Origin: a virus
Lineage: Duplodnaviria > Caudoviricetes
Virus record (IMG/VR): IMGVR_UViG_3300037846_000091
Location: 9,015 to 73,014 of that record
DNA: 64,000 nucleotides
Reading direction: 5' to 3' (one strand)
In this document: positions 18,023 through 25,242 of the stretch, piece by piece
Layout: each line of letters opens with the position of its first letter
Numbering within the stretch: the first letter of the stretch is position 1
Position numbers and translations under genes: made by a program
The notes under the pieces: model-generated
Databases searched by the model: none
What the model was told of the DNA's origin: nothing
The model's input: only the letters and a program-made list of their open reading frames with translations

Positions 18023-18223
18023 ATGGCAAGTAGGCAACGACTGCATCACGGAATGCTGCTGGACTCCAAGGCCGTCATGGACGACGCCATGCCGGACTTG
18101 GACCGCATCCGTGAACTAATCGCCACGCCGCTGCATCGGGAGTTCGACAGGATCGTTGCAATCTTCGAGGATACGCTTTGCTCTGCCGATGTGTCCTACA
18201 GGTACGTGGAGAAAGAACGATGA
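18023..18223 (+). CDS. Hypothetical protein
   Basis: Fills operon gap, ATGA coupling downstream. Confidence 0.5.
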   Translation: MASRQRLHHGMLLDSKAVMDDAMPDLDRIRELIATPLHREFDRIVAIFEDTLCSADVSYRYVEKER

Positions 18224-18567
18224 CGGACCTGAACTGCCCCGACTGCGGCTCGCCCATGCGGTTGCGTGACAGCCGCTTCGGCAAGTTCTACGGCTGCGTC
18301 AGATTCCCAGCTTGCAAAGCAACGCACGGCGCCCACGCGGACGGTCGTCCTCTGGGCATCCCCGGCAACGCGGAAACCAAGGCGGCACGGACGCGAGCCC
18401 ACGCCGCTTTCGACCGGCTGTGGCGGTCGGGAAGGATGCGGCGCAACGACGCTTACCGTGAGTTGCAGCGGATGATGCACATGACGGAGGCGCAGGCCCA
18501 CATTGGCCGGTTCACGCAAGAGGAGTGCGAGCGGCTGATCGAATTGCTGGAGGACAGACCGACATGA
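18220..18567 (+). CDS. Zinc-ribbon protein (topoisomerase C4 / DUF3268-like)
   Basis: CPDCG..FYGCVRFPAC..PLG..RAHAAFDRLW..AHIG. Confidence 0.8.
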   Translation: MTDLNCPDCGSPMRLRDSRFGKFYGCVRFPACKATHGAHADGRPLGIPGNAETKAARTRAHAAFDRLWRSGRMRRNDAYRELQRMMHMTEAQAHIGRFTQEECERLIELLEDRPT

Positions 18568-18755
18568 ACCCCGCATCCTTCGCCAAAATGCCGTTGCACC
18601 AGCTGCAAGCCGAGTTCAGCGACATGCACCGCAAGGTGAGGCGAGAGCAAAACATCAGCCGCCGGATGCTCGAAAGGCACGACTGCCTGTGGTTCGCGCT
18701 GGTGGACAGGATCGGCCTGGCAGCGGCGGATGAAGTGGCGAAGGCGGCGCGTTGA
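18564..18755 (+). CDS. Hypothetical protein
   Basis: GGAGG RBS, ATGA coupling. Confidence 0.6.
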   Translation: MNPASFAKMPLHQLQAEFSDMHRKVRREQNISRRMLERHDCLWFALVDRIGLAAADEVAKAAR

Positions 18756-18863
18756 TCCAGCCCGGTCCAGGTACGCCAGCGAAAGCACGTTGCCGACGCT
18801 GGTTAAATCTGAAACTAAGAGGTCGGATTGGGACCCGGGCCGGGCTTTCTCTTCGAGGACGAC

Positions 18864-19118
18864 ATGGTTGCTTTCCTGAAGCTGGAACACATAGCCAAGG
18901 GTTTTCGCGGCAGTCTCGGGAATTGCCCGTTGGCCCTGTGCCTGAACGAGTCCTTCCCTGAACATGCTCCGTGGTGGGTCAGCAACACCAGGGCGGAACG
19001 GTCAGACGGCGGAAGAATCGTGTTGTCGATAGCTGCTCAGGACTTCATCAGAGATTTCGACGCCGGGCGACAGGTCTATCCGGGAGACATTGTGATCAGA
19101 GAGGAAGAACCATGCTGA
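18864..19118 (+). CDS. Hypothetical protein
   Basis: GAGGA RBS; CPLALCL..FIRDFDAG. Confidence 0.6.
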   Translation: MVAFLKLEHIAKGFRGSLGNCPLALCLNESFPEHAPWWVSNTRAERSDGGRIVLSIAAQDFIRDFDAGRQVYPGDIVIREEEPC

Positions 19119-19414
19119 CCATCCCCGACGCTCGCGGCCGTCCGCTGCTTCAGCTGGTGGCTCCCGGCCTGACGGACCGCCAGGCCGAAGTGTTGGTGTT
19201 CATCACTCAGTACCAGCTGCAACAAGGACGGCCGCCGTCCATGCGGGACATCATGGAACGCTTCGGCCATGCCTGCCTATCCGGGTGCGTCTGCCACCTG
19301 AAAGCCCTGCGGCGCAAGGGCTGGCTGGAAGATGGCGACAGGACGAAACGCGGCTACCGGCCTACCCGGAGCCTGCGGTTGCTCAGGCCGCTGGAGTGGA
19401 GGGAAATCGCATGA
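19112..19414 (+). CDS. Stand-alone LexA-type winged-helix DNA-binding domain (no peptidase)
   Basis: LTDRQAEVLVFI..GRPPSMRDI..HLKALRRKGWL. Confidence 0.85.
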   Translation: MLTIPDARGRPLLQLVAPGLTDRQAEVLVFITQYQLQQGRPPSMRDIMERFGHACLSGCVCHLKALRRKGWLEDGDRTKRGYRPTRSLRLLRPLEWREIA

Positions 19415-19569
19415 ACTGCTTCGAGTGTGACAGATGGTTCGACCCCGACGACGACGAAACGGAAATCTGCCCGGAGTGCGAGCGTGAGTGGCTTCTGGAG
19501 AACGTCCCGGAGGCGTTCCCGAACAACAACAACTACGACGCCAACGACGGTACGGAAGGGAGCGGCTGA
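19411..19569 (+). CDS. Small zinc-finger protein
   Basis: CFEC..CPEC. Confidence 0.55.
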   Translation: MNCFECDRWFDPDDDETEICPECEREWLLENVPEAFPNNNNYDANDGTEGSG

Positions 19570-19603
19570 CTACTTGCCCGCGTCCTTACCCGAAGGAGAC
19601 AGC

Positions 19604-19873
19604 ATGACGTGCCCAACCTGTGACCACAAGCTCGCAACCCTGGTTGACGAGACGCACAAAGTTCTCCTGTGTCGGCGGTGCGGAACGACGGTTGTCATCC
19701 ACTTTACGACGCCGGATGAGCCAGTCGTCCACGTTCCCGATCTGGTAGAGCGGTGCCGACGATTCGAGAGCGACTCTCCCGTAATGGTGAACATCGCCGG
19801 GAAGACCTTCGATTACTGGTGCAAGGCTGGCATCTCCGAAGCCATCAACGTGCCGTCCGCTCGCCCGCAGTGA
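19604..19873 (+). CDS. Zinc-ribbon hypothetical protein
   Basis: CPTC..CRRCG; GAAGGAG RBS. Confidence 0.65.
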   Translation: MTCPTCDHKLATLVDETHKVLLCRRCGTTVVIHFTTPDEPVVHVPDLVERCRRFESDSPVMVNIAGKTFDYWCKAGISEAINVPSARPQ

Positions 19874-19895
19874 ACGGCTGCTGTCGCCGGGAGCG

Positions 19896-20111
19896 TCACT
19901 TGGAGGCGTCCTTGTCGTGCGGCGGCCACAGCCCTTCCTTCTCCATGTATTCGCGGCAGATGCGGTTTACTTCTTGGGACAGGCTTGTGTCGTTACGCTC
20001 CGCGAGCGCGGAAAGCTGGTTGGCGATGCGAATGGTGAGGGCGACCATGCGGCGTGGTTTGTGGCGATCAGACTTCGGTTTTTTGTTGGCCATTAGGCCA
20101 TTGTTCGACAT
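19896..20111 (-). CDS. Arc-like RHH repressor
   Basis: DRHKPRRMVAL..LSALAERNDTSLSQEVNRICREY; divergent from promoter 20192. Confidence 0.75.
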   Translation of the reverse strand: MSNNGLMANKKPKSDRHKPRRMVALTIRIANQLSALAERNDTSLSQEVNRICREYMEKEGLWPPHDKDASK

Positions 20112-20191
20112 GAAGCGTTCACCCGCAACCCCCTTGGCTGGACTTGCGGCAACGGAATTCTACCCACAACGCGAAAAAAGTCAAATTGTGG

Positions 20192-20220
20192 TTGCCTTGT
20201 GGGCACCACCAGCGTAAGAT
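20192..20220 (+). promoter_or_regulatory. Sigma70-like promoter overlapped by repeated TTGYGG/CCACAA boxes
   Basis: TTGCCT-17-TAAGAT; boxes near 20145, 20164, 20186 and 20197. Confidence 0.6.
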
Positions 20221-20228
20221 ACCCTTGG

Positions 20229-20277
20229 CTGGGTTGCCAGTGAGCCGGGGACGGTCCCCGGCCGCTGGCTCTTTCAA
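20229..20277 (+). ncRNA. Structured leader, copy 1
   Basis: CTGGGTT-GCC[stem, bulge, stem with apical GGA-CGG-TCC]GGC-TCTTTCAA. Confidence 0.55.
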
Positions 20278-20289
20278 AGGACAACGGCA

Positions 20290-20730
20290 ATGAAAACCCG
20301 TGAGCAAATCTTGGAGGCCGTCAAGGCTGGCCGCAAGAGCGGTTGCGAGATGATCGACTCGCGAGACTACGCCAGGCTCACCGCTTTCTTCCCGGCTGCC
20401 GATTGGAATTCGTTCGGGTTTGAGTCCAAAGAAGACGGCCAAAATCCAGAACCGCTGGAATTGTCCGAAGCGAACGTCATCGAACAGCTAAAAGGCGACA
20501 TTGCCTTCGCTTTCGAGAAGGCACTGGGAAAGCGTGGCATCTCGGCAAGCCTGATGCAAGAGGTCGTCAAGATGTGGCTGTGGGTTCTGGATGACCCACT
20601 TCAGGACCATGACGACTACCCGCAGTACGGATTGCCGTTGCTCAAGGCCGTCGCGGTCAAGTACGGTTTGCCCAATCCCATCGGTGACGACGCTGGGAAC
20701 GAGTGGAAGTATGAGCAAGGCGGCGAGTGA
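20290..20730 (+). CDS. Phage hypothetical protein
   Basis: 146-aa ORF after the promoter and leader. Confidence 0.75.
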   Translation: MKTREQILEAVKAGRKSGCEMIDSRDYARLTAFFPAADWNSFGFESKEDGQNPEPLELSEANVIEQLKGDIAFAFEKALGKRGISASLMQEVVKMWLWVLDDPLQDHDDYPQYGLPLLKAVAVKYGLPNPIGDDAGNEWKYEQGGE

Positions 20731-20731
20731 C

Positions 20732-20785
20732 CTGGGTTGCCGGGGTCCGCCTGCCGGATGGTCCGGCAGGCCCCGGCTCTTTCAA
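20732..20785 (+). ncRNA. Structured leader, copy 2
   Basis: CTGGGTT-GCC[stem, bulge, stem with apical GGA-TGG-TCC]GGC-TCTTTCAA. Confidence 0.55.
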
Positions 20786-20796
20786 GCGAGAACACC

Positions 20797-21663
20797 ATGA
20801 ACGACGTACCAGAAAAAAACTGCGGCTGGATCAAGCCCTGGCATCCCAAAGGCTTGCAAGTCACGCTGCCGATCATCGCGGATTACGACTACGCCGCCGC
20901 ATTCAAAGCCGTCAGTGCATCGCTGGATGCTGGCTTCTTGGTGGCCGCCCCCGGCCTGGAGGAAGGCGAAGAGAAGGAAGAAGTCGGCTGGGTCTGCCGC
21001 GGCGCGTTCGAGAAGGAAGGCGAGGTCACTCCCTACGTCCTTCTCTACGCCGTCAACGAGCAGCTGACGTGGAGCTTCCTGAAGGTGTACCTGAACAAGC
21101 CGCAGGACATCGCGGCCTTCGAGTACGCCTCCAAGCTGCAATTCGACAAGCTCCCCGATTACGTCGGCAACGACAAGCCGCAGAGGGGAGCCAGCAAAAA
21201 AACCGACGCCTTCATCGTCAAGGTTCCGAAGCCTTTCACCGTGGTCTACAAGCGGAACCCCAAGCACAACGACACGGAAGAGGGCAAGATGAAGCCGGCT
21301 CGCCTGTTCGTCCGCTGGTCGGACACGAAGCCGGACGGCGCGCAGGGGAAGCCAGAGGAATCGGCGGCCATGAGCGAGCATACCCAGCAGTCGCCGCCGA
21401 AGCAAAACGGGCACGAACCCATCAAGGACGGTGTGGACTTCTCCACCCGGATCACCAGAGCCGACACGCTGGGGTCAAAGGCTTCCTACTGGCCAGCTGG
21501 CGCTCTGGTTGCCGAGCTTCGCCAGCTTCGACCAGGAATGCCCAAGGAACTGACGGCCTGGCCGCAAGCCGAGTGGGAAAACTGCATGGCGTGGGCTCGC
21601 AAGGAGTTTGCCAGGCACCGTGAAATGGCCGTCACAACTTCCGGGCCTGACAGGCCATTCTGA
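20797..21663 (+). CDS. Hypothetical protein (position typical of recombination/SSB genes)
   Basis: 288-aa ORF, strong codon bias, ends DRPF. Confidence 0.75.
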   Translation: MNDVPEKNCGWIKPWHPKGLQVTLPIIADYDYAAAFKAVSASLDAGFLVAAPGLEEGEEKEEVGWVCRGAFEKEGEVTPYVLLYAVNEQLTWSFLKVYLNKPQDIAAFEYASKLQFDKLPDYVGNDKPQRGASKKTDAFIVKVPKPFTVVYKRNPKHNDTEEGKMKPARLFVRWSDTKPDGAQGKPEESAAMSEHTQQSPPKQNGHEPIKDGVDFSTRITRADTLGSKASYWPAGALVAELRQLRPGMPKELTAWPQAEWENCMAWARKEFARHREMAVTTSGPDRPF

Positions 21664-21666
21664 GGA

Positions 21667-22122
21667 GTGCCCACAGTGAACGTCGTCGTCTCGTACACCC
21701 TGAACGGCCCGCGCCGTTCGCCAGCGTTCGCCAGCTGGGACGATGCCCTGGCATGGGCCAAGGCCGCCCGCGAAACCTGGCGGCGCTGCAAGCCCGAGGT
21801 CGTCCCGGCAGAAGAAAGCGACGGGCCGCCGATTCGTCTGGAAAGGCCGGTTCTGCTGGAGCTGGAGCTTTTCCGCGACGGGCTGACCGGCAATAGTGGG
21901 CTGCGGCTCAACGGCCGCGTCTACTTCGTCCAGTTCGGTCCAAGCGAGGTCACGCTGGGATATTTCGACCGCAAGGGGGCGCCGGTCGCGCACCACGTTC
22001 GCAAGGGAAGCTGCACCTGCGACAACTGGAGGTTCGTGGTGTCAAGGTACGGCGGCTTGTGCAAGCACCAGATGGCCGTCAAGAAGCTGGGGTTGCTGAC
22101 GCCAGCAGCGGCAGCGGTTTAA
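21667..22122 (+). CDS. SWIM zinc-finger protein
   Basis: CTC-x12-CKH. Confidence 0.75.
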   Translation: MPTVNVVVSYTLNGPRRSPAFASWDDALAWAKAARETWRRCKPEVVPAEESDGPPIRLERPVLLELELFRDGLTGNSGLRLNGRVYFVQFGPSEVTLGYFDRKGAPVAHHVRKGSCTCDNWRFVVSRYGGLCKHQMAVKKLGLLTPAAAAV

Positions 22123-22132
22123 GGAGCAGGAC

Positions 22133-22336
22133 GTGGATGCCTTCGAGGACGAAGCCCGATTCATCGAGACGATCCTGATGCCGGCCTACTCGCCTGAGAA
22201 CGCGAAGTACGACGGCGACACGGTGTCGCGGGCGGAAGTCTACGAAGAGATGGCCAAGATCGTCGCCAGGCTCAGGGCAAAGTCAGGGCAACTGCGCCCG
22301 GCAGACAATTGGGATGACGGAGGGCTGTTCCCATGA
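22133..22336 (+). CDS. Hypothetical protein
   Basis: AAGGAG RBS, ATGA coupling. Confidence 0.6.
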   Translation: MDAFEDEARFIETILMPAYSPENAKYDGDTVSRAEVYEEMAKIVARLRAKSGQLRPADNWDDGGLFP

Positions 22337-22533
22337 AAATCTGCGACAAGTTCCGCTGGGTCATCTCCTCCGACAACAAGTGTGGCTGTTGGCCCCTGGC
22401 GTGTCCTGTGCCGATAGATGCGGATGCACGCTACTGCGACGGCTGCGAGCGGCACGTTATCAGTGAGCGGTGGACCCAGGTTGTGCGGGACGAGGTCTGC
22501 CAGCAGATGTGTCACCGGCACTTTCAGGAGTGA
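22333..22533 (+). CDS. Cys-rich hypothetical protein
   Basis: Seven cysteines in 66 aa. Confidence 0.55.
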   Translation: MKICDKFRWVISSDNKCGCWPLACPVPIDADARYCDGCERHVISERWTQVVRDEVCQQMCHRHFQE

Positions 22534-22622
22534 TTTGACGCGGGCCAGCGCGTAGCGGTTATAGTTGATACCCGACCGCTGGCCCCGGTCATGTTAGTTG
22601 CGACCCGTGAAGAGAACACACC

Positions 22623-22714
22623 GGCCCCCGCTGTTCTGGGGCCCGAGCTGCGTACCTTTCACGGGTCAAGACGCAGCGGGCCCGGGCTCCAGAACAATGG
22701 GGGCCTTTCGTTTT
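22623..22714 (+). ncRNA. 83-nt multi-segment hairpin plus U-tract (leader or terminator)
   Basis: GGCCCCC/GGGGGCC, TGTTCTGG/CCAGAACA, GGCCC/GGGCC, GCTGCGT/ACGCAGC, ACC/GGT, then TTTCGTTTT. Confidence 0.6.
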
Positions 22715-22727
22715 CCAGGGGAAGGAC

Positions 22728-23294
22728 ATGCCGACAACGTACTGCAAAGCGCCAGCCGACCTGACCGCGCTGATACGCCGCCTGGTGCCTCTGCACCCCG
22801 AGTTGCACGAGGTCGAGGCCCGCGTCTCTGGACTGGTGGCCCACCCCGACGAATCGGATGCGGACGCGGGACCGCCCGAGAAGGACGACGACGGCCGGGA
22901 GAGCTACCTGGCTCTTAAGGAGCGCAGCATCCCGGTCTGCGGCACAGTGAAGGTGGTGGGCCAGTTGCAACGCGCCGCCGGCCTGGCCGATGCCTTGGTC
23001 ATCCTGGACGGCTTTTGGTGGAACCACCTGGATTGGAGCGACCGCCGCAAGGAAGCAGAAGTCTGGAAGCAGCTGGCCCGCCTCGCCGTGAAGCGGTACA
23101 AGGAAGGCGCGGTCAAGAGCGACGACGGCGGCAGGCCGAAGCTGGAGATACGGCCGCCGACGATCTTCCTGGCCGTCGATGCCGCGGTGCTTCGGAGATA
23201 CGGGGACGTGCTTCCCGAGGCCCGCGTTCTGGAGGAGTTGGCGCAGTCGTGGCAGCAGGGGGAGTTGAGCTTTGCGGAGGCCGCCAGCGCATGA
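22728..23294 (+). CDS. Phage metallopeptidase-like protein lacking HExxH
   Basis: HPELHE..GTVKVV..AAGLADALVILD..W..DDGGRPKLEIRPP family layout; WKQLAR at the expected HELxH site. Confidence 0.6.
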   Translation: MPTTYCKAPADLTALIRRLVPLHPELHEVEARVSGLVAHPDESDADAGPPEKDDDGRESYLALKERSIPVCGTVKVVGQLQRAAGLADALVILDGFWWNHLDWSDRRKEAEVWKQLARLAVKRYKEGAVKSDDGGRPKLEIRPPTIFLAVDAAVLRRYGDVLPEARVLEELAQSWQQGELSFAEAASA

Positions 23295-23596
23295 CCGTCT
23301 TGCAGCCCAGCCTGTTCGACGACACCTTGCAGGAGCGCTTCGAGCTTTGGCTCAGCGCCAACCCGCACGTTTACGAACGATTCCGTGCGGCGGCCCTGGC
23401 CCTGAAGGCGGAAGGCCGCAAGCGGTTCGGGTCGAAAGCGATTTGGGAGAGGATTCGCTGGGAAACGATGGTTCAGACCACGGGAAGCGAGTTCAAGCTG
23501 GACAACACCTGGACAAGCCGGATGGCTCGCAAGCTGTTGGCGGACTGCCCTGAGCTGGTGGGCTTCCTTGAGACACGACGACTCCAGCGAGACTAG
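23291..23596 (+). CDS. Conserved phage hypothetical protein
   Basis: NPHVYERF..IWERIRWE..FKLDNTW..ARKL. Confidence 0.75.
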   Translation: MTVLQPSLFDDTLQERFELWLSANPHVYERFRAAALALKAEGRKRFGSKAIWERIRWETMVQTTGSEFKLDNTWTSRMARKLLADCPELVGFLETRRLQRD

Positions 23597-23602
23597 GGAG
23601 GG

Positions 23603-23631
23603 TTGCAGACGTGGCAAGAGGGTTGTACCTT
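23603..23631 (+). promoter_or_regulatory. Promoter for a probably leaderless XRE transcript
   Basis: TTGCAG-17-TACCTT ending 7 nt before ATG 23639; no SD sequence. Confidence 0.45.
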
Positions 23632-23638
23632 GGAAGTT

Positions 23639-23842
23639 ATGGCGAAGCAGCGGAAAAAGGTTCCTGGCAACCCCTGGCCCAAGCGCCTCAAGGCGTTGCG
23701 CGAGCGTCTCGGCCTGACTCAGACCGAGGCCGGCGCCCGCGTCGGGGTTTCCCAGCGATCCTGGGCTCTCTGGGAAGCCGGCCGCATCCCCTCCCCTCCC
23801 GTGCAAATCCTGCTCGATCTTCTGGATTCTGGAAAACTGTAA
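23639..23842 (+). CDS. XRE-family HTH regulator (Cro/CI-like, no peptidase)
   Basis: LKALRERLGLTQTEAGARVGVSQRSWALWEAG. Confidence 0.9.
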   Translation: MAKQRKKVPGNPWPKRLKALRERLGLTQTEAGARVGVSQRSWALWEAGRIPSPPVQILLDLLDSGKL

Positions 23843-23853
23843 GACGGCTGACC

Positions 23854-23906
23854 TTGACACCGGACGAACTTAGTTCCTATGCTTACGCTAAGAACTAGGT
23901 TCCTAT
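23854..23906 (+). promoter_or_regulatory. Replication-operon promoter with two operator-like repeats
   Basis: TTGACA-18-TATGCT; GAACTTAGTTCCTAT (23866) and GAACTAGGTTCCTAT (23892). Confidence 0.7.
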
Positions 23907-23921
23907 CGGTGGGTTCGCGTC

Positions 23922-24755
23922 ATGGCCGGAGACTGGATTAAATTCGAGAACACGACCCCGGATAAGCCGGAGGTCGTCCGCCTGGCCGACATTCTTGGAA
24001 TCGACCAGGACGCGGTTATCGGAAAGCTACTTCGCCTGTGGGTGTGGTGTGACCAACAAAGCGCAAACGGTGACGCTCTCGGCGTCACAAAAACGTTTCT
24101 TGACCGTTACACAAGTTGCACCGGATTCTGCGAAGCGCTCATTGCGGTCGGATGGCTGAAGGACGAAAACGGACTTTCCATCCCAAACTATGACCGCCAC
24201 AACGGTGAACCGGCCAAAAAGAGGGCCTTGGGCGCCAAAAGAATGAAAAAGTTGCGCTCTGGTGACGCTGCGAGCGCAACATCAGCGTCACCAGAGAAGA
24301 GAAGAGAAGAGAAGAGTAAATCCATTGCTGCTGCCGCAGCGACAGACACGGACTCGGAAACACTCGGGACACATCAACCCGACCCTACCGACGAAGAACC
24401 TCTGCCAAAGGCACGCACCAAAAAACGGGATGAACTCTTTGACGCCGTTGCCGGGGTCACCGCGTCTGACCCGAAGGCTTCCGGCAGTTTCATCGGCCGT
24501 GTCTGTAAGAAACTCCGCGAGTCGGACAACCCTTACACGCCGGCAGAGGTTCGGAAGTGGGCAGAAATGGTCACGCGGGAGTGGAAGTTAACCACGCCGC
24601 CGACGCTCGGGATGCTCGAAAAACATATCGGCCGTGTTCGTGCCGGTGGTGTTGCCGACGATTCCGACCGGCCGTTGACCAGAGAAGAGATCGACGCCGA
24701 TAGCCGCTCTCGCGGAGCCTACCGCGGCAAGGACCCGGAAGCCTGGAGTAAGTGA
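23922..24755 (+). CDS. Phage replication initiator (replisome organizer-like)
   Basis: MAGDWIKF..KPEV..VIGKLLRLWVWCDQQ N-terminus; EKRREEK linker. Confidence 0.8.
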   Translation: MAGDWIKFENTTPDKPEVVRLADILGIDQDAVIGKLLRLWVWCDQQSANGDALGVTKTFLDRYTSCTGFCEALIAVGWLKDENGLSIPNYDRHNGEPAKKRALGAKRMKKLRSGDAASATSASPEKRREEKSKSIAAAAATDTDSETLGTHQPDPTDEEPLPKARTKKRDELFDAVAGVTASDPKASGSFIGRVCKKLRESDNPYTPAEVRKWAEMVTREWKLTTPPTLGMLEKHIGRVRAGGVADDSDRPLTREEIDADSRSRGAYRGKDPEAWSK

Positions 24756-24756
24756 C

Positions 24757-25242
24757 GTGCCGACGCTGAATCTGCCGCCCAAATTGCATCTGTACTTCGA
24801 CGGGTTATGCGAAGCCAGGAACCCAGGCGGCTGGTCGTGCTACGGCTGGGTTTTACTGGACGAAGCGGCAACGAACGTGGCGAGCGGGCACGGGGTTTCC
24901 AAGAAGCCGGGTCCGACTTCGACGAACAACTTCGCCGAATACGCGGCCCTGGGATTCGCGCTGCGATACCTCGCGGACGAAAAGTGGAAGGGGAACAAGC
25001 TCCGCATCTGGGGTGACTCCCAGCTGGTCATCCGGCAGATAACGCGGGAGTGGGACTGCAACAAGGAACACCTTCAAAAGCTGCGTCAGCGCTGCTGGGA
25101 TTTGCTCGACGCGCTGGGTTGCCGGTGGTCTGCGGAGTGGGTGCCGAGAACGCGGAACGAAGCGGCCGATGCGTTGTCGAGGTTGGCGTACAAGGAAGCG
25201 ACCGGGCAGGATTGTCCAGTGCGGGAGAAGCAAAAGACATGA
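24757..25242 (+). CDS. rnhA: Ribonuclease HI
   Basis: YFDG, TNNFAEY, GDSQLV and NEAADAL (D-E-D-D catalytic set). Confidence 0.92.
   Translation: MPTLNLPPKLHLYFDGLCEARNPGGWSCYGWVLLDEAATNVASGHGVSKKPGPTSTNNFAEYAALGFALRYLADEKWKGNKLRIWGDSQLVIRQITREWDCNKEHLQKLRQRCWDLLDALGCRWSAEWVPRTRNEAADALSRLAYKEATGQDCPVREKQKT

Noticed and set aside
22535-22565. Promoter TTGACG...TATAGT
   Set aside because: The 19-bp spacer is too long to call with confidence.
24292-24316. AGAAG tandem repeat as replication iterons
   Set aside because: Encodes the EKRREEK linker common in phage initiators. An origin role cannot be supported from the sequence alone.
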